DNA of 63,607 nucleotides, the filler included, from Stramenopiles sp. TOSAG23-3 (Eukaryota): the NCBI GenBank assembly GCA_900128585.1. It is 7 parts of 7 records of this genome, joined end to end, with 100 filler letters (N's around TTAATTAATTAA, not from the genome) between each part and the next. Parts side by side here need not be neighbours in the genome. Positions count along the whole stretch, not along the records: positions 1 to 14,421 come from LT642568.1; positions 14,522 to 28,904 come from LT642569.1; 5 more parts are not named here. One strand, written 5' to 3'. Below are positions 10,294 through 21,000 of this stretch, piece by piece. Positions within the stretch are counted from its first letter, which is position 1; each line of letters opens with the position of its first letter. A model generated the notes under the pieces. The model was not told the DNA's origin. It searched no databases and saw nothing but the letters and a program-made list of their open reading frames with translations. The translations under genes and the position numbers were made by a program.

Positions 10294-12018
10294 ATGCAAT
10301 CTGCAAAACTTTCCCGGCGGGCAAGTCTCAGCCATTTCCATGGCGCCCCAGCCCCCCTGAAACAGCTTCAGCGTCGTGCAAGTACAACGCACATTGAAAG
10401 TAGCCTTGAGCCTTGGAACGTATCAAAATTGTCGCCTAGCCAACGCCGTAAGCGAAGCGATCTCCTTTGGAAAACCACAGAAACAATCTTACGACTCCAC
10501 GGTAGAATTTTAAAGATGGGGTGGCTATATTGGCAACGGTATATAGCTTTAGAAAAAACGTCCCAGCTTCAAGAGCTTGCTATGACAATAGCAAGCAAGA
10601 CCCAACCGGGAGAGAGGAACGAGTCTCAGCTAGGAACGTTATTAAATTGGCTCAAGCTACTGCATCACCCATTTTTAGAGAAATTTGCAGATGCTAATGA
10701 CCACGAAGGCATGAAAATAATTGCGGAGTGCCTAGAACTAAAACGGTACGAGCGAAATTCTATCTTGTGTTGGCAGACCAACGCCCCTGAACGCGTTTTT
10801 GTCATCTTGTCCGGGGTTGTAGAGTGCTGGTATAATGTGAGCAGAGCAAACATCGCGAAAAGAGTAGAGGAACACTTTGGTTCCACGCATGATTCCATAG
10901 AAATTTGCATGAAAGAATTAGTAGACAAGCGGCAGCAAATGCGGTTCAATCTGCGTAGATCTGGATTTTTTGGTGTCTATCTCAAATCATATAAATCTGG
11001 TAGCGTTCTTGGTGGGTTCGACAACGTCCTACGTCAAGGTACACACTCCAAATATTGCGAAAATCAATTTACTGCTATTACAAGTGGGACTGAAGATTCG
11101 GACGTAGTTTGTCTCAGTTTTCAAAGGTCGTTGTTCAACAGCCGGGTTGTACCACGATTGAGCGCGCATATGTTTTTGAAGAAACGCATAAATTTCCTCT
11201 CCGCCCACCCTTTGTTTGAAAATGTTAGCCCGGTGAAAGTCGGCGCCTTACACCAGATATCTCTGTCAATGAAAGGGCAGACTATTTCTAAAGGCGATGT
11301 CGTCTTACAGTGCTACCCTGGAGAACCGTCGGATATCGTATTTTTGATAGAAGGCAACGTTGAAGCGAGCATCGTGGTCCCCCCCCACCCTCCCGTGAAT
11401 AGAGTCCGAAGGAAAGTTAAATGTGCCATTTTAAGGCGGGGGGAAGTGCTTGGGTTCCCTTCCAAATTTTCTGAAACAGACTGTCAGCAAATAGAATTTG
11501 CCGCTGCCTCCTCCACTTGCAAGCTGTTGCGGTTAAATTATAGAGAATTTTTGGCGTTTATGATGAACCAAAATGACATGAAAATGCTGACCGTTGGAAA
11601 AGGGATTGTCCGCTATGTAGTAAAGAAGCTGGAGACATGGTTGTCCCTCGCCGCGAAAGAATATGATGTGCAAGTACGAACGATGGGCCCTGCAATTGTG
11701 GAACACAAAGCAATGATGCAGAGTCGGTGGAAACAAACAGCCGATTTTGCTTCGGGTGATGAAGTTGTAGAACATTTAGATAAGTTTTTCTTGGAAAATG
11801 AAGGGCGAAAGCGGCCAGATAGGCCGACATTCTTAAGGGCGAAGACATTAAAGATGCAGCACTCGAAACAGCGCGATATGCAAGTATTTCTTCGCAATCT
11901 CTGCTCTGCGAAAAGCTCCGTAACGACGGACAATCGCCCCAGGAAGCCGTCGTTGCTTCCCCCAATTGACCCAAAACAATTTATGATTCTGCAAAAACCA
12001 GCTGGTTCTTTTCCTTAA
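10294..12018 (+). CDS. Protein with two degenerate cyclic-nucleotide-binding (CNB)-like domains, function unknown
   Basis: First in-frame ATG at 10294; CNB-like strands YERNSILCWQ...VFVILSGVVE and KGDVVL...IVFLIEGNVE...GEVLG; FLSAHPLF linker helix. Confidence 0.7.
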   Translation: MQSAKLSRRASLSHFHGAPAPLKQLQRRASTTHIESSLEPWNVSKLSPSQRRKRSDLLWKTTETILRLHGRILKMGWLYWQRYIALEKTSQLQELAMTIASKTQPGERNESQLGTLLNWLKLLHHPFLEKFADANDHEGMKIIAECLELKRYERNSILCWQTNAPERVFVILSGVVECWYNVSRANIAKRVEEHFGSTHDSIEICMKELVDKRQQMRFNLRRSGFFGVYLKSYKSGSVLGGFDNVLRQGTHSKYCENQFTAITSGTEDSDVVCLSFQRSLFNSRVVPRLSAHMFLKKRINFLSAHPLFENVSPVKVGALHQISLSMKGQTISKGDVVLQCYPGEPSDIVFLIEGNVEASIVVPPHPPVNRVRRKVKCAILRRGEVLGFPSKFSETDCQQIEFAAASSTCKLLRLNYREFLAFMMNQNDMKMLTVGKGIVRYVVKKLETWLSLAAKEYDVQVRTMGPAIVEHKAMMQSRWKQTADFASGDEVVEHLDKFFLENEGRKRPDRPTFLRAKTLKMQHSKQRDMQVFLRNLCSAKSSVTTDNRPRKPSLLPPIDPKQFMILQKPAGSFP

Positions 12019-12190
12019 AATAGACTGCCCAGTTGATTTTATAAAAGGAATTGTAATCAAAGTTCCCCTCCTTCAAAGCATTCGTAAACTTGATCTTCCT
12101 TTTATAGAAGTACGTCTTATCAAAAATCAAATACCAAGGACCGGGAAAAATGTGTATTTTTGCAGTATTTTAGTTGCCATTTAAATTTAA

Positions 12191-12407
12191 TCGCAGTTCA
12201 TGAAGGAATGTAAGCTTGAATGTCTAAATCTAGATTTCAGTTCGCAGTACATTAATTTAAAAACAAAAAAATTGGCTGTTATTTATAAGTGTAATTAAAT
12301 TTAGCTTCCTCATACCCTAATTCTAACTTGGTTCTGTAATTTTGTTTCATTAGTCCTAACAGTAATTTTAATTACTTAAATATCAGGGCCAATTTTCTTG
12401 TTTTTAA
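12191..12407. repeat. Dispersed AT-rich palindromic repeat family, copy 1; includes a MITE-like unit at 12257-12407
   Basis: Shares TCGCAGTWCATGAAGGAATGTAA and AAAATTGGCTGTTATTT...GTAATTAAATTTAGCTTC with 27461-27580, 38785-39162 and 61606-61671; imperfect ~45-bp terminal inverted repeats bounded by TTAA. Confidence 0.85.
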
Positions 12408-12561
12408 TTTAATTTTACACTTTAAAATAACACACCCAGCCACTTTTTAAAAAAAATTAATGGCCAGTAATGATCTTAATTAAAAGATCGCGAGTATAAA
12501 TTTGTTTAAATCGAGGAGCTACTGCCGGCGCCTTTACCGGACCACGGTCACTAGCGTCTAA

Positions 12562-13488
12562 TTATTTTGGGCAGTGCACTTTTCTGTTAAAACCAACACT
12601 ACTCGATTTCTTCAGTTTGAATTTTCCTAAAGATGGCGAACCGAACGCGACCAGGTCATAATCCTGGAGAATATCTTCGTAATGCAATTTTTTTAAACGC
12701 TTGCTCGTATAATCGTGCAAAAATACATCTGTTTTTTCTGAGATGTATGGAATAATCGCCTTCGCTATTTCTGGGCGATTGCTACCATCAATGAGAACTA
12801 CATCTGGATTAACAATACATAACGTTTTTAAAAATTCACTGTGCTGAACATCTTTTGGTTTACAATGCACATTTACACCAGGGGGGATATGTTGCTGCAG
12901 CGAGTTGCACCATGCCATTGAATCGGCTTCTATAGTGTCATAACGCTTTGTACATTGACTATAATATATTGTACTGACGCCGGCGCCAAACTCCAACACG
13001 TGTGATTCTGGCCGCAAATGGCGCATTAAAAGCCTGATTTCTGGCCGGAACATCATTGGGCAAAGTTTAGAACTTCTTCCCCACAATATTTTTTTGCCTG
13101 AAATGCACGCATCGGGGCACACATCATTAAAGATCCAGCCTTTCTTTTTCTTCAACGATTCTGCCCACAGGTTATTATTTTGAAACCATACTATTTCGTC
13201 GCTGCCTGGTTGTATTGTCGGCTTCCTGTGGTTGTTGTAGGCAAGAGCATTTTCTATTATAACGGAGATTTCGCTTTTGAATTCTTTTCCTGAAAGAAAC
13301 CGCTTCACTTGCAAAGCGGACACGGGTTTTGTTTTATCAATCCACTGCTCTACACCCGTCAAAGGCTTCTTCGTAGCAATGCTTTCTGTTTGTAAATTCA
13401 TTTCTGGGCGGGGAAAATAATACATTTGAAACCCAATACCAAACAGAAAAGAAGCGAACATCAATATGAAAGTATTCTTTGTAGTCAT
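12562..13488 (-). CDS. Type II membrane class I SAM-dependent methyltransferase, possibly glycan-modifying
   Basis: N-terminal hydrophobic anchor FILMFASFLFGIGF; motif I VLEFGAGVST; DVVLIDG..R; VFLHDY. Confidence 0.75.
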   Translation of the reverse strand: MTTKNTFILMFASFLFGIGFQMYYFPRPEMNLQTESIATKKPLTGVEQWIDKTKPVSALQVKRFLSGKEFKSEISVIIENALAYNNHRKPTIQPGSDEIVWFQNNNLWAESLKKKKGWIFNDVCPDACISGKKILWGRSSKLCPMMFRPEIRLLMRHLRPESHVLEFGAGVSTIYYSQCTKRYDTIEADSMAWCNSLQQHIPPGVNVHCKPKDVQHSEFLKTLCIVNPDVVLIDGSNRPEIAKAIIPYISEKTDVFLHDYTSKRLKKLHYEDILQDYDLVAFGSPSLGKFKLKKSSSVGFNRKVHCPK

Positions 13489-13981
13489 GCCCCCGCCCCC
13501 CCAATCGCCGGCAGGGCAATGAAAGTTGTTAGATTGTGCTACAGTTTACGATTCGTTTTAAATGGAGTCTCTCGCATGACGTGCCACAAACATTTCTTAT
13601 TTGTGTCTTCGGGGCTGTGCCATTACAAAGCATTATAGATCAGTTTTGAAAATTGCTTTTTGATCCTCCTTACAATTTTTAACCAATAATAATAATAAAA
13701 TAATTTCTTATTTTTCTTACTCCCTTTTTTTTTATTTTATATATAAGTACCGGTAAGCTGCTCTTCTACTACTCTATAATATTTTATAGAGAGAAGAGAA
13801 GAAGAAAGAAGAAGATGAGAACACGACCGCGATAAAATAAATAAAATATTAATATCTGAATCACCCACCGTGGTGATGATACTTACTTACACTAAGTGAA
13901 AAGAAGAACGTTTGAAAAATCATCAAAAATGCTATTCCGACCGAAGGTACTGACTAGACGACTGTGAAACCATCTTATTTA

Positions 13982-14421
13982 CTATGCAAAAGTAAATTGG
14001 AGATTCTTTAGCATTGCTTGAAACCCTTTATTGGGTTTGATTTGTGGCCTTCTTCTTCTTGTATACTTGAATGCATCTTCGAATGGAATCTTTCGAACGT
14101 TCATCAAATATCCGATCACCACGGCCGCAGAGCGTGAGATGCCTGCCTGGCAATGCACAAGTACGCCCTTATTCTTTGAACGATGCTTATCGATAAACTG
14201 GAAGATAGGGCCCAATGCCGATTTTAGTTTCATTGCACACTGCGGGTCATCGCGAATCTGAAATGTAATTAAATCCATATTTTTACTTGCTGCCTTTTGC
14301 AAGACAATTCGTGTTGAATTTAAACAACTTAAATCTACTATGCCACCAATATTTGCTTCTTCTAAATTTTCGATTGTTACAGCCCGACAAGAGCTAAGGT
14401 AAAAATTTGGCAAAATTTTAG
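13982..14421 (-). CDS. Dual-specificity protein phosphatase (atypical DUSP), 5'-partial at the gap
   Basis: VLVHCQAGISRS catalytic loop, IGYLM, RPQIKPNKGF. Confidence 0.92.
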
Positions 14422-14521
14422 NNNNNNNNNNNNNNNNNNNNNNNNNNNNNNNNNNNNNNNNNNNNTTAATTAATTAANNNNNNNNNNNNNNNNNNNNNNN
14501 NNNNNNNNNNNNNNNNNNNNN
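14422..14521. other. Artificial scaffold spacer (44 N + TTAATTAATTAA + 44 N)
   Basis: The same 100-nt structure occurs six times; the linker places stops in all six frames. Confidence 0.97.
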
Positions 14522-14743
14522 GAGAAGGAAGGAATAGAAGGAAGGAAGAGAAGGAAGGAATAGAAGGAAGGAAGAGAAGGAAGGAATAGAAGGAAGGAAG
14601 GAAGGAAGGAAGGAAGGAAGGAAGGAAGGAAGGAATAGAAGGAAGGAAGAGAAGGAAGGAAGGAAGGAAGAGAAGGAAGGAAGGAAGGAATAGAAGGAAG
14701 GAAGAGAAGGAAGGAAGGAAGAGAAGGAAGGAAGGAAGGAAGG
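14522..14743 (+). repeat. Compound (GAAG)n polypurine microsatellite
   Basis: Tandem GAAG/GAATA/GAGAA units next to the gap. Confidence 0.95.
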
Positions 14744-15051
14744 TCTTTCTTCTTTTCCTCTTCTTACTTTTTTTTATTTTTTTTAATTATTTTTTCATTT
14801 CTTTTTTCTCTTCTTTTTCTTCGTTTTTTGTTTTGTTTAGTTTAGTGTTTTATAGTTATTTTATTTATTCCAGTAGTAAGAACAACATTAATTATTCTCA
14901 ACACATTCCCTCTTCTCGTTTCGTCAGAGAGACTATTTTTTCAAAGTCCAATTCTGTTTCTTATTTCTTCTTACACCCTCCGTCACGCACTTACTACCCA
15001 ACGAACGTAGAAAATTGCGCGACGTTGATCTTTTGTAACGTTCTTCCTCCC

Positions 15052-18000
15052 ATGCTGAAGAGGTATGGGAAGAAACGTGTATCTGTTGGTTTAAAGATGG
15101 AATCGTCAGATCAACTGCCGCAGAACTGGCAAAAATACATAGACCCGAGCAGTGGGGAAGCGTATTACGTCAATAAGGAGACAAATGAGTCTCAGTGGGA
15201 GAAACCGGGAGGGGACGACGCCGGGCAGTGGGAAGAACCCGGCGGGAAAGTCTATTTCGCCAACAAGGAGACAGCTGAGATGCAAAACATGACGCTTGTA
15301 AACCCTATGAACGGGGTGGAGCGTACGTTCGAAATCGAGAAGCCGCGTGGCCAGAAACGAGGGACTAGGCACACACGAAACTCGTGGTCCGTTCCCAACG
15401 ACGACTCGGTTTTGAAAAAAAGTAGTTCGACGGGGGGGAAAATGGTGGTGAAGTTGAGAACTAAGTGCTCCAAACGAGCAATGATTGGCGCCGGTGGCTG
15501 CTGCCTTCTCTTGGTCTGCCTTACCATACTCCTTGCTCTGCTTGCCGGACGCGCGGGAGAAAGACGCGAAAAGAAAGGCTTGGCAGGGGCAGGGCAAACT
15601 ACGACCAGTGCGCCCGCCATCCCCGCGGTGGCGAACCCAACTCGCCTTGTTGGCCAAGAGCTGAACCTTGTAGGCCTGTCGCTGCAGCAAGTGCAAGATG
15701 GGTTGCCCGGCATTCGCGTGGGGATTGCGAAATCCCTCAGCGTTGCAAACGATGATGTGATCGTAGTGTCCGTTACCGCGGGTAGCAGTAGAAGACGGCG
15801 ACGAACCTTGGGTGGGCAGAAGGTTTACATTTTGTACAAAGTCAAAGTAGTGGACGACGCCGCCGTTGCGCTTCTGAAAGCAAAGATGAACTCCAACGAT
15901 ACCCAAATGACGATAAAGCGCGAAATCGTGCAGGCCATTCCTTCGGCCCGTATTGAAGACGTGTCCATATCCTCGTCCGCGCCGACCAGCGAAGTCTACG
16001 CGCCGCCAACGAAAAACTTCGATTGGCGAGACTGCGGAAACGCAACGGTGCCTCTTAACCAACCGCTCGGCTACCCGAAAGACGTTTCTCCGGGGCTGGT
16101 GACCCTCCCACGGAGTGGCGAACATGTCATCTTGACCCTGAAGAGAATTTTGGAACGCGACTGCTCTACGACCTCAGTCGCACGTTCGTACGACGGGAAT
16201 GTTTGGGAAGGGACTTATCCGCATCCCCACGACCCCAAAGAGTGCGACACAGGAACAAAATCGTGTACAATAGAGACGAGCAACATAGGTGTTGCGTACC
16301 GTATCGACGCGTATTCGCTTACGGCCGATGAGGTGCGAACGAGTAATGAAACCATTTCACGATTGTTGCTGCAGGCAACGTACGGCCCTAGCGAAGACTC
16401 CATTGCTGATTTTGTCGCCTCGCACGGCACGACAGTCAACGGGGCCACGCTCACAAGTTTTTTAAACACGCAAATGAACGTGATTCCCTCGACGTTGCTG
16501 CGGGAATACTACAGAAAACGAACTAACCCCAGAACGCCCGTGGCCAACTCGGCGGGGATCGCAAGGCCCTTGTGCGAAGGTGGCAGTCGTTTTCACCGGT
16601 TTGCATTCAACCAGCTCGATCTGCAAAAGACCCTGAACGTAAGCTCCAGCGCTGTGTCTGGAAAGTTCGAGCTCTCAATCGACGGAGTGCTCCGTACTGA
16701 AGTCGATTCTCTAACGACTGGCAAAGGGGCCATAACCACTGGAAGCGGATATGTTATCTGCAAAGTCGAAGAGTGGACTGGAACTGGCCGTGTAGCGTTT
16801 TACGAGGAAGGGAAGTGCGGCACAAACACGCTGTACCTGAGAAACCCAATTATTAATTTTACAAACCCAGACTTTGGCATAACGCAATTGTTTGATCAAG
16901 TGAATGATGTTGATGTGCATGATCTAAATCTCCCAAGCGAAGATGCCATTATAGTTGAACGGTACAATGCAGCGTGCAATGATAGGCAAGTGCACGGGAA
17001 CAGTTTCATCAAGTTAGCCGGTCGCAGCGGGGAGAAAACTTGGTATAAACATGACCCAAGATTAAGATTGATCGACAACAGTTTGAAAACCCCGGCCAAC
17101 GTCTCGGCATTCGAAGACACTGCGTCGACGTGCCCAAGTGTCCCAAAATCATTTTTGAATCGAGGGAGCTGCGTGAGGCTTTCGAGTGCCTGTAGCCCGT
17201 TGAAGTTCACCAACGGGTGGCTGCCTTTAAATTCATCAAACTTGCGCTTGTGGTACACGGCGAACCAGAAGCATGTGCACTACTTAACGGGTCTACGGCT
17301 GGAAAATCCCTACCACAAACATCTGTGCAAGATTTCAACCTATACCAGATGGAAAAAAGTCAATGTGGGGGGCTGCGTTGGCGGCATTACAGAAACGCTA
17401 CAGGGCACAGAAACACTGAATACCATCGTTAACCTATTGAACAATTCTCTGGATGCAAACCCATACGTGCGCGACATTGAGGTTGGCAACGAGCCTTGTA
17501 ACGACACCTTACAGATTGAAAATGATGGAGTCGGCGTAAAGGTGGAAGCGGGGGGCCTTTGTTGGCAGCGAGTACATGAACATGAGTACAACGTTTACGA
17601 TTTTACACTCTGGACTATCCAGCACGATGGGAATAAAGTTGCCAAGCAAGCAGGAAGACCCAACCCCATAACCAAATTTGCCCTTGATGGCCGCGTCGAT
17701 TTTGTCTATCCTGGGTGGCATCCAATGCAGAGATGGAAGGACAAAGTGAACCGATTCATACAATTCGTCGGTCGCTATGGGGATTCTGTTAACTTTGAAA
17801 ATTTGAACTCCGAAGTGCAGACCTACGAGTTGGCAGAAATGGCGAACGCGGTGGCAGGTGGTGCCTCCGATGGCTTCGAATCCTGTGGGTCGCGGGGAGA
17901 GATCCGAAACGAGGAAAAATATGGACATCTGTACCGGTTTCCGTCGAAGCGCTTGGACTTGGGAATAGATGCCAACAATGAACTTGACTTTCCATATTAT

Positions 18001-21000
18001 AGAACTGAAGGAAAGCACATGGTGTGGCTGAATGTAGCCTTGAAGTCACCCGACCAGCTAAGGCAGAAAGTGGCATGGGCCCTTTCCCAGATACTAGTAA
18101 TCGGTGAAAGCGGACTAAGTGGAAAAGAAGATGAAATTGAAAACTGGCTCATTTATTACGATAACTTTGTCCGAAACGCATTCGGCAGCTACAGGACCAT
18201 CCTGAAAGAAGTTAGCTATTCCCCGATGATGGGCTCATACTTAACTTACACGCAAAACAAAGCCTACAAGTTTTCCAAAACTTTCCCGGACGAGAATTAT
18301 GCGAGGGAGATCATGCAACTGTTCACGGTTGGGCTTTGGAAGCTGAACGTTGATGGGACTTACAAGCTCGACGCGGATGGTAACAAACAAGAAACCTACA
18401 CGAATGATGACATTGTATCGTTTGCTCGAATTTGGACTGGATTTGACCGAGTCTTGCAACGCAGCAACGTGGAGCATCAGGTCGGCGTAAACTCAAAGAA
18501 TTTTTTTGATCCAATGCAAATAAAACCTGACTGGAGGGATTCGCTGCCAAAGCGTGCGCTGGATAAAGGGTTTATCGGGGACGGATACCCACTGTGCAGT
18601 GATTTGCCCAAGCTTGAATTTCTTGCCCCGGGCGCGGAGTACATTAATACTGGGACCAAATCCGACGAGGGCGAATGGTCCGACAGAGACCCTGACGTCC
18701 GTGGAAGCCGACAACAATTCACGGTATCCAATGCGGGAAACAGTGACCTTTTCAATAAACTTTGCGGTCCGAAAGCTGCCGATGGGGGGTGTACTTTTCC
18801 GGACAAAATTACTCTGGGGGATGCCCTACAGTGTGCTGGGGATGAATGCAAGGCTGACTTTATTCGTGTTGTGAAGGTGGTGGACAGCGTTAGTGACCGC
18901 ACAAATTACTATACGTACCATAGACCGCCGTGCGTTCGCCTAATGTTCTTTGAGGACGGAAGGGTCACTGTGGACAGAAGAAGCCTGGGAAGTCAGAGCA
19001 AGCTTCATACCGCGTACCAGTGCGCCAACCCAAACACAAAGTCGGCGGGTGCCGCATGCTGCGACAACGGAAACGTGAAAAATCTGCCCTATGCAAGGAC
19101 TGGCGCGTTGAGTGCCTGCAATTTTGAGCTGGAATTTATGAGCTACAACACATCGCGCTCGCGGTGTGAAAAGTTAGGCTGGCAAGTTTGCGAAACGGTA
19201 GGTGGTTCTACCAGCAACTATAAATCCCGTATAACAAGTTGTGGGCTGTACATGCACAGCTGGACCAGTGCAAGCTGCAATTACCAGGTTCAAGTTCTAT
19301 CGTCAGGTTACCTCAATGTTGTAGATGTACAGAGGCACCGAACAGAGTATGCATTGGACAATAAAAATTTTATGTTGGTGCGATGGAAAAACAACGAATT
19401 TCCAACTTTAACCCCCACTTGCGGAGCTGGATGCACTGCCGAAGGACAAAGCTGCCTTTGCAACATCACCGTGATCAACTCCGTGGGCATCCAGTCGTCT
19501 ACGGCAGGGGCGCTGCCATCGGTGATAGAAATCGAAGAAAAATTGAATATAGGTGCCTATTCCCCGGAAGGGGTCTATAACAAAATTGATGCGGGGACGT
19601 ACTCAGAGTGCACCACTGGCCCATGCAATACTCACTACCAAACCCATAAAGTGCGTGTGTACTTGCTCTCAGGGACAGGCTCTGGTCAGTTTGATGAGAA
19701 TACAATTTTCGAGATCCCTCCAAAATACCCGGGGGAGGCTGCACGGTTTTTTATAAACAAAGCCTCTGTCGTAAAAGTTGGCCAGCAGTACCAGTTTCGT
19801 AATCCACCAAATTTTATGCCAGGTTTGGGAGAAATGTACCAGTACCGTGGCGCTGGGTTTTCCAGTAAGTTTCATATATCTGAAGCTGCCCATGAAGTTG
19901 ACGCATTGTTGGACCACGTGTTCGAGCATCCAAATACGGCACCGTTTGTGTCGCATCGATTGATACAAAGGCTTGTAAGCAGCAACCCAAGTCCGCGCTA
20001 CGTAAAGGCAGTTGCAACAGCATTCATCAACGGAAACACTTCAGATGGGAATGTTTATAGCGGGAAATATGGAGACATTGGTGCTGCGGTGGCGGAGATT
20101 CTGATCGACCAGGAAGCGCGCTCGCAAACGTTGGATGTTGACCCTTTTGCGGGAAAACTTCGCGAGCCTATTCTGAAAGTTGTCCACTTCCTGAAAGCAA
20201 TGAAGTACAAGTCAAAGGACCGTAGAGAAATAAATCTATACGGAATGGATGCAAAAGTTGGGCAAGCGTCGTTTGCGTCGCCCACTGTGTTTAATTTTTT
20301 TTTGCCAGAGTTCGTGCCCCCTGGCCCAATACACAAAGCCAATTTAGTTAGCCCAGAATCCCAGTTGAGCACAACACCCTTGTTAATTGGTTTTTTAAAT
20401 GGTATGGATAGCCTGATTCAATACGGGCTTACAAACTGCGGGTACGGGTTTGGTGACTTTATTGCCAGGCCATCGCGGTCATGTAACAGTAACAACAAAG
20501 CTGCAACTACTGCGGATGGCACAATCCAGTTTTCACCGAGCGAAAATGACGTTGATGCCGTAATCAACCAAATTGATTTGTTGTTAACCTCAGGGCGACT
20601 GAACCAGAATGATTGGAGTGCCCTCAAGGCAGTGTACACGAAAGAAAGTAACGCGGAAGATGCATTGAAAGAGGCGCTCCGTTTGTTGATTCTAACTTCA
20701 GAATTTCATACGACCGTTCTCAACAGGCTAAAGCCAACGGCACGAAGCGTTCCTCAACCAACAGTCTCTCAAGGGCGGCAGTACAAAGCCATTGTAGTGC
20801 TGTTTTTAGCGGGTGCAGCAGATTCGTTCAACATGATTGTGCCGCACTCGGAATGTGGTGGCACACACGATTTGCACCAGGAATACCTAGATGTTCGGAC
20901 AAACGTCGCTCTGGAAAAAAGCTCTCTGCTCGAAATTAATGTTCCACATCAACCGTGCAACAAGTTCGGGATACACCCAAGCTTACCAATACTTAAGCAG

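Noticed and set aside
14833-15051. N-terminal extension of the DUF1800/DUF1501 ORF
   Set aside because: Starts at TTG in AT-rich spacer-like sequence; the ATG at 15052 or 15097 is more plausible
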